A stretch of DNA of 10,714 nt, from NCBI GenBank assembly GCA_049969675.1, contig JBMFOP010000099.1, forward strand, positions 1-10,714, read 5' to 3'. The notes under the pieces were generated by a model. It did not search any database, was not told where the DNA came from, and saw only the letters and a list, made by a program, of their open reading frames with translations. Below are positions 1 through 7,146 of this stretch, piece by piece. The translations under genes were made by a program, and so were the position numbers. This DNA is from Myxococcota bacterium (GTDB lineage: Bacteria > Myxococcota > SpSt-1050). How positions within the stretch are numbered: the first letter of the stretch is position 1; the number at the start of each line of letters is the position of its first letter.

Positions 1-96
1 GGATGTGAAATAAATAATGAATATGTAGCTTTAGCAGAGAAAAGGATTAAGGAATTCTATACGGCTTCCAACTCACCACAACTGTTCAGATCATAA
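1..96 (+). CDS. 3' end (partial) of a probable site-specific DNA methyltransferase (N4-C/N6-A type)
   Basis: Frame 1 reads GCEINNEYVALAEKRIKEFYTASNSPQLFRS* (TAA 94-96). GxE(I/L)xxxYxxxAxxR(I/L) is the typical C-terminal motif of beta-class amino-methyltransferases. Only 31 codons are visible. Confidence 0.65.
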   Translation, partial: GCEINNEYVALAEKRIKEFYTASNSPQLFRS

Positions 97-204
97 GCAG
101 GGCGATTTTTTTTAACTAAGGATGCAACGCCCATGACTGGTTATTTTGTAAAAGGACCTGCTTGAGGGATAAATCTAATGCATAATTGAAAACAAAAAAA
201 AAGA

Positions 205-327
205 CAGATAACAAAATAGGTTATGGGAGATTTTATGACACTTCGGTACTTCTTTTCTTGTCCATACTTCGCCCGTGACATATAACACAGGCTATATGGC
301 TTCGCTTCACTCCACACAAATTATATG
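205..327 (+). repeat. Two degenerate attC-like (integron recombination site-like) remnants flanking a 16-codon ORF
   Basis: CAGATAAC(205-212)...GTTATGG(220-226), then GGAGA and ATG at 235. The ORF stop TAA (283-285) lies inside CATATAAC(279-286), which is followed by ACAGGCTATATGGCTTCGCTTCACTCC and the near-complementary ATTATATG(320-327). Confidence 0.35.
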
Positions 328-419
328 AGAAAAAATTTTTATATCCCGTTTAGTCAGTCCCTGTATTTACCGATATCTTAGAAACGCCCACAATCAGACG
401 GATGTCTCTACTTTTGTGG

Positions 420-448
420 TTGACATAGAGGTAAGGGCGTTGTTTAAT
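420..448 (+). promoter_or_regulatory. Sigma70-type promoter of the coaBC operon
   Basis: Perfect -35 TTGACA (420-425), 17-bp spacer, -10 TTTAAT (443-448, 5/6 match to TATAAT), about 30 bp upstream of the likely start codon. Confidence 0.75.
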
Positions 449-478
449 TAACAACACATCGTCTGTATGGAGAACAGT

Positions 479-1684
479 ATGTCTGGTAACATGAGAGTTC
501 TTTTAGGAATTACGGGTTCTATAGCAATCTACAAGGTATGTGAACTTATCAGACTATTTAATAAGAGTGGTGTGGAGTTGGTTCCAATCATGACCGAGGA
601 TTCAAAGAGATTTATTTCGCCTCTTTTAATAGAATCACTTTCTGGCGGCAAGGTCTACTCTGATATGTTTGATGAATCAGGTGGTGCATTTTATCATATA
701 ATGTTATCTCGTGGTGCAAATCTGATTCTTATTGCGCCGGCTACTGCAAATACTATAGCAAAGATCTCATCAGGTATTGCAGATAATCTTCTTACATCTA
801 CTGTCCTTGCATCTGATATTCCGGTTCTTTTTGCCCCTGCTATGAATGTTAAGATGTTTGAAAATCCCATCACTCAGATGAACATTAAGAGGTTAACTCA
901 ATTGAAGAGATTCTCTTTTATAATGCCAGAGAGTGGAGAGCTTGCCTGTGGAGAGAGCGGTTATGGGCGGCTTGCTGATATCAATGATATATTTGATGCT
1001 ACAATGAGATTAATCTTTCCGAATAAGATATTAAGCGGGAAGAGAGTTATGATCACAGCCGGACCGACAAGGGAGTTTATGGACCCTGTTAGATTCCTGA
1101 GTAATCCATCAAGCGGGAAGATGGGATATGAGCTATCAAGAATCGCCAGCTGGCTCGGTGCTGATGTAACTCTTGTCTCTGGACCTGTGCAGATTAAACC
1201 CCCTTATGGTGTAAAGGTGATAAATGTAGTAGATGCTGAGGAGATGAAGAATGCCGTATTAAATGTAAAAGGGATAATGGACCTGCTTGTAATGAATGCC
1301 GCAGTCTCGGACTGGAGATTTGATAGAAGATACAAAGATAAATTTAAGAGGGCAGATGGTACGCCTCCTATCTCTCTTAAAGAGAATCCAGATATATTGG
1401 AGCTCGCTGCAAAGAGTAAGAAGTATCGTTTTACTCTTGGATTTGCGGCTGAAAGTCTTAAGATAATTGAGAATGCAACTGAGAAGATGAGCCGTAAACA
1501 GATAGATGCCATTGTTGTGAATGATATCTCAAGAAAAGATATTGGATTTGGGCAGGAGGAGAATGAGGGGAAGATAATTTTCAGGGATGGGAGCATCGTT
1601 GACATAGAGAGATGTAGTAAGAGAGATATGGCATTAAAGATATTTTTAGAACTCACAAAGAGGTTTGGATGGCAGAAGAGATAA
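479..1684 (+). CDS. coaBC: Bifunctional phosphopantothenoylcysteine decarboxylase / phosphopantothenate-cysteine ligase
   Basis: Motifs LLGITGSIAIYK, IAPATANTIAK...GIADNLLT, APAMNVKM, GELACGESGYGRL (CoaC) and ITAGPTREFMDPVRFLSNPSSGKMG, NAAVSD, GFAAE (CoaB). Start placed at ATG 479 because GGAG (469-472) precedes it; the ORF track start at 467 has no SD. Confidence 0.97.
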   Translation: MSGNMRVLLGITGSIAIYKVCELIRLFNKSGVELVPIMTEDSKRFISPLLIESLSGGKVYSDMFDESGGAFYHIMLSRGANLILIAPATANTIAKISSGIADNLLTSTVLASDIPVLFAPAMNVKMFENPITQMNIKRLTQLKRFSFIMPESGELACGESGYGRLADINDIFDATMRLIFPNKILSGKRVMITAGPTREFMDPVRFLSNPSSGKMGYELSRIASWLGADVTLVSGPVQIKPPYGVKVINVVDAEEMKNAVLNVKGIMDLLVMNAAVSDWRFDRRYKDKFKRADGTPPISLKENPDILELAAKSKKYRFTLGFAAESLKIIENATEKMSRKQIDAIVVNDISRKDIGFGQEENEGKIIFRDGSIVDIERCSKRDMALKIFLELTKRFGWQKR

Positions 1685-2562
1685 GAGAAGAGTTGATAGA
1701 GATTATAAGGGCTCTAAGGATACATCTCATTTATCAGAGAGGATTGGGGGCTTTTGTATATGGACTGGACACAATGGAGGAGTTGATAAAGGAGAATGCC
1801 AATAGAGAGAGATTTGAGAAAGCGGCGGGTGTCGCATCTGCCTTAAATAGTAGTAAGAATAAGATTCGGTATTCCACAAGCAGTCTTTTTGAAGAGAGAG
1901 ATAAGATATCAGAACACTCTGAACCTCTGGAACAGAATAGTATGAGAGTTTTAAGAGATACTGAGGAGAAGAAAAGATTATTGAATCAGTTAATGGATGA
2001 GATAGGTGCGGATTGTAAAAGGTGCAAACTCTCAAATCTTGGCAGGAGCAAGGTAGTATTTGGTGAGGGAAATGTAGATGCAAGGATAATGTTTGTTGGC
2101 GAGGGTCCCGGTGAGGATGAGGATATTCAGGGGATTCCATTTGTGGGGAGGGCCGGGCAGCTCTTAACCAGAATTATTAATGCTATGGGACTTGGGAGAG
2201 GAGATGTATATATTGCAAATGTCGTCAAGTGCAGGCCACCAGAAAATCGGGCACCACTCTCTGAGGAGATGGATATATGTGGACAGTTCCTCAAGAGACA
2301 GATTGAGATAATCACGCCAGAGGTAATTATTGCGCTGGGAGGCACAGCCGCCTCATATCTTCTTGGTGATTATAAGATAAAGATTAGTCAGGTCAGGTCA
2401 AGAGAGCTTTGGTATCGCGATGGCAATTTAGAAATTCCACTTGTTGCAACTTTTCACCCTTCCTATGTCCTGAGGCGAGGCGAGAGTCCAGAGGTCAAGC
2501 GGGAGGTCTGGAAAGATATAAAGATTGCTCTCAACCTGATAGGTATGGAGGTAAAGAGATAG
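1669..2562 (+). CDS. udg: Uracil-DNA glycosylase family 4 ([4Fe-4S]) with ~100-aa N-terminal extension
   Basis: CKRCKL, VVFGEGN, FVGEGPGEDEDIQGIPFVGRAGQLL, NVVKCRPPENRAP, later Cys, TFHPSY: hallmark family-4 UDG motifs and four cluster Cys. Overlaps the coaBC end by 16 nt. Confidence 0.93.
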   Translation: MAEEIREELIEIIRALRIHLIYQRGLGAFVYGLDTMEELIKENANRERFEKAAGVASALNSSKNKIRYSTSSLFEERDKISEHSEPLEQNSMRVLRDTEEKKRLLNQLMDEIGADCKRCKLSNLGRSKVVFGEGNVDARIMFVGEGPGEDEDIQGIPFVGRAGQLLTRIINAMGLGRGDVYIANVVKCRPPENRAPLSEEMDICGQFLKRQIEIITPEVIIALGGTAASYLLGDYKIKISQVRSRELWYRDGNLEIPLVATFHPSYVLRRGESPEVKREVWKDIKIALNLIGMEVKR

Positions 2563-2565
2563 AAG

Positions 2566-3876
2566 ATGAAGAGAGCAATATTCATGTTTGTAATGCTCCT
2601 ATTATATGGAATCAATAATCTTTATGCAGAGATTCTAATTGCAGAGATAAACTCTTCAATAAATCCAGCCACAGTAGATTTTATAAATGATGCGCTCAAG
2701 GTCGGAAAGGAAAAGGATGTAGAACTGATACTGATACTACTTGATACACCCGGAGGACTTGTGAGTTCAACCCGTGAGATTGTAAAAAGTATTATGTCCT
2801 CGGATGTACCGGTCTGTGTATATGTATATCCAGATGGGGCGAGGGCTGGCTCTGCTGGTGTATTTATAACAATGGCTGCACATATCGCTGCTATGGCTTA
2901 TGGTACAAATATTGGTGCTGCTCACCCAGTAGAGGCTGGTGGACAGGATGTTGATAAGAAGGGCGGGAAAGACCTGAAAAAGAAGATTGAAAATGATACG
3001 ATTGCATTTATTGAATCAATCGCTGAAAAGAGGGGTCGGAATAAAGATTGGGCAATTCGTGCAGTGAGGGATTCTGTCTCAATCACTGCGAGCACCGCAC
3101 TCAATGAAAAGGTAATTGATGTGGTGGCAAAGGATATAGATGAACTCTTAAAGAGCATCAATGGTAAAGAGGTGGAGACCAATTCGGGGAAGAGGATTCT
3201 GAATACCCTCAATGTTAAGAGAACTTACTTCAAGATGAATCTGAGACAGAAGATAACGAATATCTTTGCAGACCCGAATATTAGCTATATATTGATGATG
3301 ATTGGTGTGGCTGGGATTATGATGGAACTCTATCATCCGGGCGTAATATTTCCGGGCGTTATTGGTGGAATCTCTCTCATACTTGCATTTATCTCATTTC
3401 AGGTGATACCGATTAATTATGGGGCGCTTCTCCTGATCTTACTCGGTGTTATATTGATAATTGCAGAATTATTTGTTACAAGTTATGGGATACTCAGTAT
3501 TGGGGCGGCTATATCAATACTGATAGGCTCTCTCTTATTGATAGACAAAGTTGACCCGCGGTTCTTATTTGAACCGGGATATGGAGTTGATAGGACTATG
3601 ATTTATCTAACTACCTTAATAATCGTCGGATTCTTTGCTATTGTGGCATATCTGGTTGTGAAGTCCAGAGTAAAGAGGTCTGTGGTGGGAGCAGAGGGGC
3701 TGGTGGGGAAGGTGGCAGATGTAACAGAGAAGATTACATCGCAGAACGGGGGGAAGGTCTTTGTGGGTGGGGAGTACTGGTTTGCAGATGCAGATGAGGA
3801 GATAGAGGCAAATAGTAAGGTGGAGATTATAAAGGTTGAAGGTTTGAGATTAAAGGTCAAAAAGGTCAATAATTAA
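2566..3876 (+). CDS. nfeD: Long-form NfeD: membrane-bound ClpP-class serine protease, stomatin partner
   Basis: Signal peptide, LDTPGGL, GARAGSAG (catalytic Ser), TNIGAAHPV, KKIENDT (catalytic Lys region), multi-TM segment with ELYHPG, C-terminal OB domain (GKVFVGGEYW...KVEGLRLKV). Confidence 0.95.
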   Translation: MKRAIFMFVMLLLYGINNLYAEILIAEINSSINPATVDFINDALKVGKEKDVELILILLDTPGGLVSSTREIVKSIMSSDVPVCVYVYPDGARAGSAGVFITMAAHIAAMAYGTNIGAAHPVEAGGQDVDKKGGKDLKKKIENDTIAFIESIAEKRGRNKDWAIRAVRDSVSITASTALNEKVIDVVAKDIDELLKSINGKEVETNSGKRILNTLNVKRTYFKMNLRQKITNIFADPNISYILMMIGVAGIMMELYHPGVIFPGVIGGISLILAFISFQVIPINYGALLLILLGVILIIAELFVTSYGILSIGAAISILIGSLLLIDKVDPRFLFEPGYGVDRTMIYLTTLIIVGFFAIVAYLVVKSRVKRSVVGAEGLVGKVADVTEKITSQNGGKVFVGGEYWFADADEEIEANSKVEIIKVEGLRLKVKKVNN

Positions 3877-3888
3877 AGGAGGTTTCTT

Positions 3889-4629
3889 ATGACAGGTATA
3901 ATTCCAATTGTAATTGTAGTTTTTCTAATCCTCTCAGGTATAAAAATTCTAAACGAGTATGAGAGAGGTGTGGTCCTGAGGCTCGGTAAGTACACCGGTT
4001 CAATCAAGGGGCCCGGAATCATCTGGATAATCCCATTTGTAGATAAGATGATAAAAGTGGATTTACGTCTTATTGCAGATGATGTCCCACCTCAGGATAT
4101 TATCACCAAGGACAATGTCTCCATTAAAGTGAATGCGGTTGTGTATTACAGAGTAATGCAGCCCGAAAAGGCGATTCTGGAGGTATATAACTATCTCTAT
4201 GCCACGAGTCAGCTTGCCCAGACGACACTCAGGTCTGTCCTTGGACAATCAGAGCTGGATGAGCTGCTTGCACAGAGGGAGAAGATAAATGCACATCTTC
4301 AGGAGATTCTGGATAAAGATACAGACAACTGGGGTATAAAGGTAAGTAAGGTAGAGGTTAAGCATATTGACCTTCCACAGGAGATGCAGAGAGCTATGGC
4401 AAAACAGGCAGAGGCAGAGAGGGAGAGAAGGGCAAAGATTATTGCAGCAGATGGAGAGTTTCAGGCAGCAGAGAAACTTGCGCAGGCGGCAAAGATTATT
4501 TCAGAGTCTCCCGGTGCGCTTCAACTCAGATTCTTACAAACTATGAGAGAGGTCTCAACAGAGCACAATACCACAACGATTCTACCTCTCCCAATAGAGC
4601 TCTTCAAACCATTTATGGACAAGAAGTAA
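3889..4629 (+). CDS. Stomatin-like SPFH/band-7 (slipin) protein
   Basis: N-terminal hydrophobic anchor, [70 protein letters not shown] at 3876-3882; classic nfeD-stomatin pair. Confidence 0.96.
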   Translation: MTGIIPIVIVVFLILSGIKILNEYERGVVLRLGKYTGSIKGPGIIWIIPFVDKMIKVDLRLIADDVPPQDIITKDNVSIKVNAVVYYRVMQPEKAILEVYNYLYATSQLAQTTLRSVLGQSELDELLAQREKINAHLQEILDKDTDNWGIKVSKVEVKHIDLPQEMQRAMAKQAEAERERRAKIIAADGEFQAAEKLAQAAKIISESPGALQLRFLQTMREVSTEHNTTTILPLPIELFKPFMDKK

Positions 4630-4630
4630 T

Positions 4631-4712
4631 TTTAGATTTTTTAATTGTAACTTCTACGCAATATGTCCAAAAGATTTTTCAAAAACTTTGGTTTTGGCTA
4701 TGCCGAATTAGG
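4631..4712 (+). repeat. 82-bp inverted repeat, copy 1
   Basis: TTTAGATTTTTTAATTGTAACTTCTACGCAATATGTCCAAAAGATTTTTCAAAAACTTTGGTTTTGGCTATGCCGAATTAGG aligns without gaps to the reverse complement of 5678-5759; 66/82 identical by manual count, last 12 nt identical. Confidence 0.92.
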
Positions 4713-4720
4713 AGGTATTT

Positions 4721-5080
4721 ATGAGAAATATTTTTATGGTTCTAACTTCTTTGATGTTATTTTCAAACATTGCTATAGCCGGGGTCGCTGGAAATATTAT
4801 TCAATGTAAGTGTGGTGATGAAGGTGTTACTCTCACAGTTATTAGTGGATGTGAGAACTGGAATGATGCCACTCAATGTACAGGGTGGGCATCGGTTGCT
4901 CATGGAAATGGGAGAAGCGAGACTGACCTATTCCCCGACAAGACACAACTTACGGCTTTTAACTGCACTATTCAGATAAATTGCCCTCAATCAGCCAATA
5001 CCAGCGATGCAGGTACAACTATCACCGAAGAAAAGAAGGACGAAGATAGTGGCTGGTGCTCAATTGTATCGGTCAATTGA
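4721..5080 (+). CDS. Small secreted cysteine-rich hypothetical protein (119 aa)
   Basis: SD AGGAGG (4710-4715); Sec signal peptide ending in A-I-A; six Cys in a ~65-aa mature domain; S/T/acidic linker; terminal SGWCSIVSVN. No family recognised. Confidence 0.85.
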   Translation: MRNIFMVLTSLMLFSNIAIAGVAGNIIQCKCGDEGVTLTVISGCENWNDATQCTGWASVAHGNGRSETDLFPDKTQLTAFNCTIQINCPQSANTSDAGTTITEEKKDEDSGWCSIVSVN

Positions 5081-5337
5081 TCTTCAATCTCATATCTTTT
5101 ATGAAAAAATCTGTTGTGGATACCTTAATAATTAAGGTCGTTTATATCAATATGGACATCTTCAGATGGTCTTCCCCATAAATAGGTTGAGAGTCATCTC
5201 CTGATAACTTTTACATTAGATAGATATTCAGTACAAAGAGCAATTTGCAGACCGACATGCAGGCAACCACTGACAGCAATCCTATACTCAAATCATCAAT
5301 GGATTAACATGCCCCATAGATGTATTGCTGGTGTTTT

Positions 5338-5675
5338 TTATATTCTCAGACCAGTCGTATCATATTGATACGGGGAGATAAATATCTTTTTATCATGATA
5401 TAACTTTTTGATCTCACGAGACATATCCTTATAAAAATTAAGGGGAGGCCCACTGCTGTCTACAAGTGATTCAATTCCAATCTCTTGCGGGATATAGAGC
5501 CCCTTTACTCTATCCCAGCTGACACCGCTTATGTTTCTAAGCTGGTTGATAAGGTTTTTTTGAGTGGTCAAATATTCTTTCCAGCAATTGTATTAGAATC
5601 ATACACACTACCGCTAAATTGGCCCCACCAGTCCTGACCACTCTACTGACCCCCTTTTGTCAAGACATTTTTCAT
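5338..5675 (-). pseudogene. Decayed gene fragment resembling DUF4434 (glycoside-hydrolase-like) proteins
   Basis: ATG 5675 MKNVLTKGGQ* (TAG 5645-5643), in-frame SGQDWWGQFSGSVYDSN, frameshift, then CWKEYLTTQKNLINQLRN...VKGLYIPQEIG...KKIFISPYQY* (ends 5338). The order WW / GxYIPQEI / ISP(F/Y) recalls DUF4434. Family call is from recognition only. Confidence 0.45.
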
Positions 5676-5677
5676 GC

Positions 5678-5759
5678 CCTAATTCGGCACAGCCGAAACC
5701 AAAATACTTATAAAATCTTCTGCGCATTTTGCGTAGAGGTTACGAGGAAAGAATCTAAA
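5678..5759 (-). repeat. 82-bp inverted repeat, copy 2
   Basis: Minus strand reads TTTAGATTCTTTCCTCGTAACCTCTACGCAAAATGCGCAGAAGATTTTATAAGTATTTTGGTTTCGGCTGTGCCGAATTAGG, followed by GC-ATG AAA AAT. Confidence 0.92.
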
Positions 5760-6111
5760 TATTCTCCCGACATCTCTATCCCTGCACAGGGGTTGGTAAT
5801 TACTGTTTCACAATAGAGAGTGATGCTACAACTATTCAGATCACAATGAGCAGTAGCGACTGGTGGTCAACTGGATAGCATCTTAATGAATAGTAAAAAA
5901 AGGGGATAACCTTATTTAGAAAATGCCGATTTACCTCTTCACAATCCTTATTTTACAAGGGGATAATTTTTGTCTTTAGATCGTTCTGGATATCTATATA
6001 CAATGTAAAAGAATTGATATGATAGTTATAAAAGAAATACGGTCTTATCTTTTGTATTTACAAGACTTATTTATTGGTGTAATAGAACCCTTTTGATAAG
6101 GAGGTTTTCTG

Positions 6112-6756
6112 ATGAAGATATTCATTGATACAGCGGACATTCAAGAGATTCGTGAGGCAAATAGAATTGGCATTATTGATGGTGTTACTACCAATCCATC
6201 ACTTATTGCGAAGACTGGCAGGAAGTTTGAAGAGGTCATACAGGATATTATAAAAGAGGTGGATGGACCAATCAGTGTTGAGGTCATATCCCTTGAGGCA
6301 GAGGGAATGGTGGAGGAGGGAAGAAGGTTTGCAAAGATTCATAAAAATATTACTATTAAGATACCAATGACAACCGAGGGACTCAAGGCAGTAAAGATTC
6401 TTTCAAAAGAGCAAATTAAGACAAATGTAACACTGGTATTTTCACCAATACAGGCATTACTCGCTGCCAAGGCCGGGGCGACATTTGTAAGTCCATTTGT
6501 TGGCAGACTTGATGACATAAATCAGGATGGATTTGAACTTGTGGAGCAGATAGTAGAGATATACAATAATTATGAATTTACAACTGAGGTGATAGCAGCA
6601 TCTATCAGAAATCCTGTACATGTATTGAGGGCGGCACTCTGTGGTTGTCATATAGCAACTATTCCATACTCCACTATATTACAGCTTACAAAACATCCAC
6701 TAACCGATGCTGGAATAAAGAAATTCCTTGAAGACTGGCAGAGGGTGCCAAAATAA
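6112..6756 (+). CDS. tal: Transaldolase (short MipB/TalC type)
   Basis: [23 protein letters not shown] (Schiff-base Lys), NVTLVFS, AASIR. SVEV (Glu) and SPFVGR (Phe) indicate true transaldolase rather than fructose-6-phosphate aldolase (Gln/Tyr). SD AAGGAGG upstream. Confidence 0.95.
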   Translation: MKIFIDTADIQEIREANRIGIIDGVTTNPSLIAKTGRKFEEVIQDIIKEVDGPISVEVISLEAEGMVEEGRRFAKIHKNITIKIPMTTEGLKAVKILSKEQIKTNVTLVFSPIQALLAAKAGATFVSPFVGRLDDINQDGFELVEQIVEIYNNYEFTTEVIAASIRNPVHVLRAALCGCHIATIPYSTILQLTKHPLTDAGIKKFLEDWQRVPK

Positions 6757-6783
6757 GGTAGAGATAATTACATTAATTCACCG

Positions 6784-6841
6784 CTGTCCAGAAGAATCTG
6801 CTTTGAAAAGTTGAGTGTTTATAAATAAAGATTCTGGACAG
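6784..6841. repeat. Inverted repeat / stem-loop downstream of tal
   Basis: CTGTCCAGAA (6784-6793) is the perfect reverse complement of TTCTGGACAG (6832-6841). An alternative 13-bp pairing CTGTCCA+GAATCT / AGATTC+TGGACAG has a 3-nt bulge. No U-tract. Confidence 0.55.
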
Positions 6842-7146
6842 ATGAGAGTTAAATTATTTGGGGGACAGATGTATATCAAAAAGTTGCTTTATCTCTCTTC
6901 AAGATTGCCATTGAAAACAGATTTATTATAGAGTAAAATCATCAAAATTTGTTGTTGTATAAAGCCTTTGCCATTTTTTTGTGTTTCAGATTTATATGTG
7001 GCAATTTGCCTCTGACTCCGACTGACTTTAACCGAAAATATATAAAAATTTTATTAATGGTCATCAATCAGACCTTCTGGTGCCTTTGAGGTGTAAAGAT
7101 ATTTTTATTCAAACTCATTTTTGGGAAAAGAGTCAATAGTTGTAAT

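Noticed and set aside
467..478. ORF-track start of coaBC at 467
   Set aside because: No SD and only about 12 nt from the predicted TSS; ATG 479 has GGAG 6 nt upstream.
1204..4248. Antisense or alternate-frame ORFs (1204-1656, 1727-2140, 2127-2345, 2409-2618, 2922-3212, 3148-3336, 3603-3869, 4063-4248)
   Set aside because: All overlap well-supported genes and show shadow-ORF composition with no motifs.
4680..4710. GCCGAATT as a sigma28 -10 box, or TGGC as a sigma54 -24 box
   Set aside because: Spacing to a TAAA-like -35 is wrong, the box sits directly against the SD, and there is no TTGC at -12.
5078..5103. Selenocysteine or readthrough at the TGA of the secreted protein
   Set aside because: Another stop follows after 7 codons and no SECIS-like hairpin is apparent.
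4631..5759. 82-bp repeats as canonical attC, dif or IS terminal repeats
   Set aside because: Both copies have TAAC...ATTAGG rather than AAC...GTT and lack paired L boxes. The resemblance of AATGCGCAGAA to a XerC arm is not kept in copy 1 and the XerD arm is poor. No transposase or target-site duplication.
5619..5816. 65-aa + strand ORF
   Set aside because: TTG start without SD, runs antisense through repeat copy 2, no recognisable features.
6112..6756. Annotation as fructose-6-phosphate aldolase (fsa)
   Set aside because: It has the Glu (SVEV) and Phe (SPFVGR) of transaldolases, not the Gln/Tyr of FSA.
6905..7064. Clustered TTGCC/GGCAA motifs and a 40-aa minus-strand ORF (7064-6942, MTINKIF...)
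   Set aside because: No correctly spaced sigma54 motif, the region lies between convergent gene ends, and the ORF has no convincing SD or homology cue.
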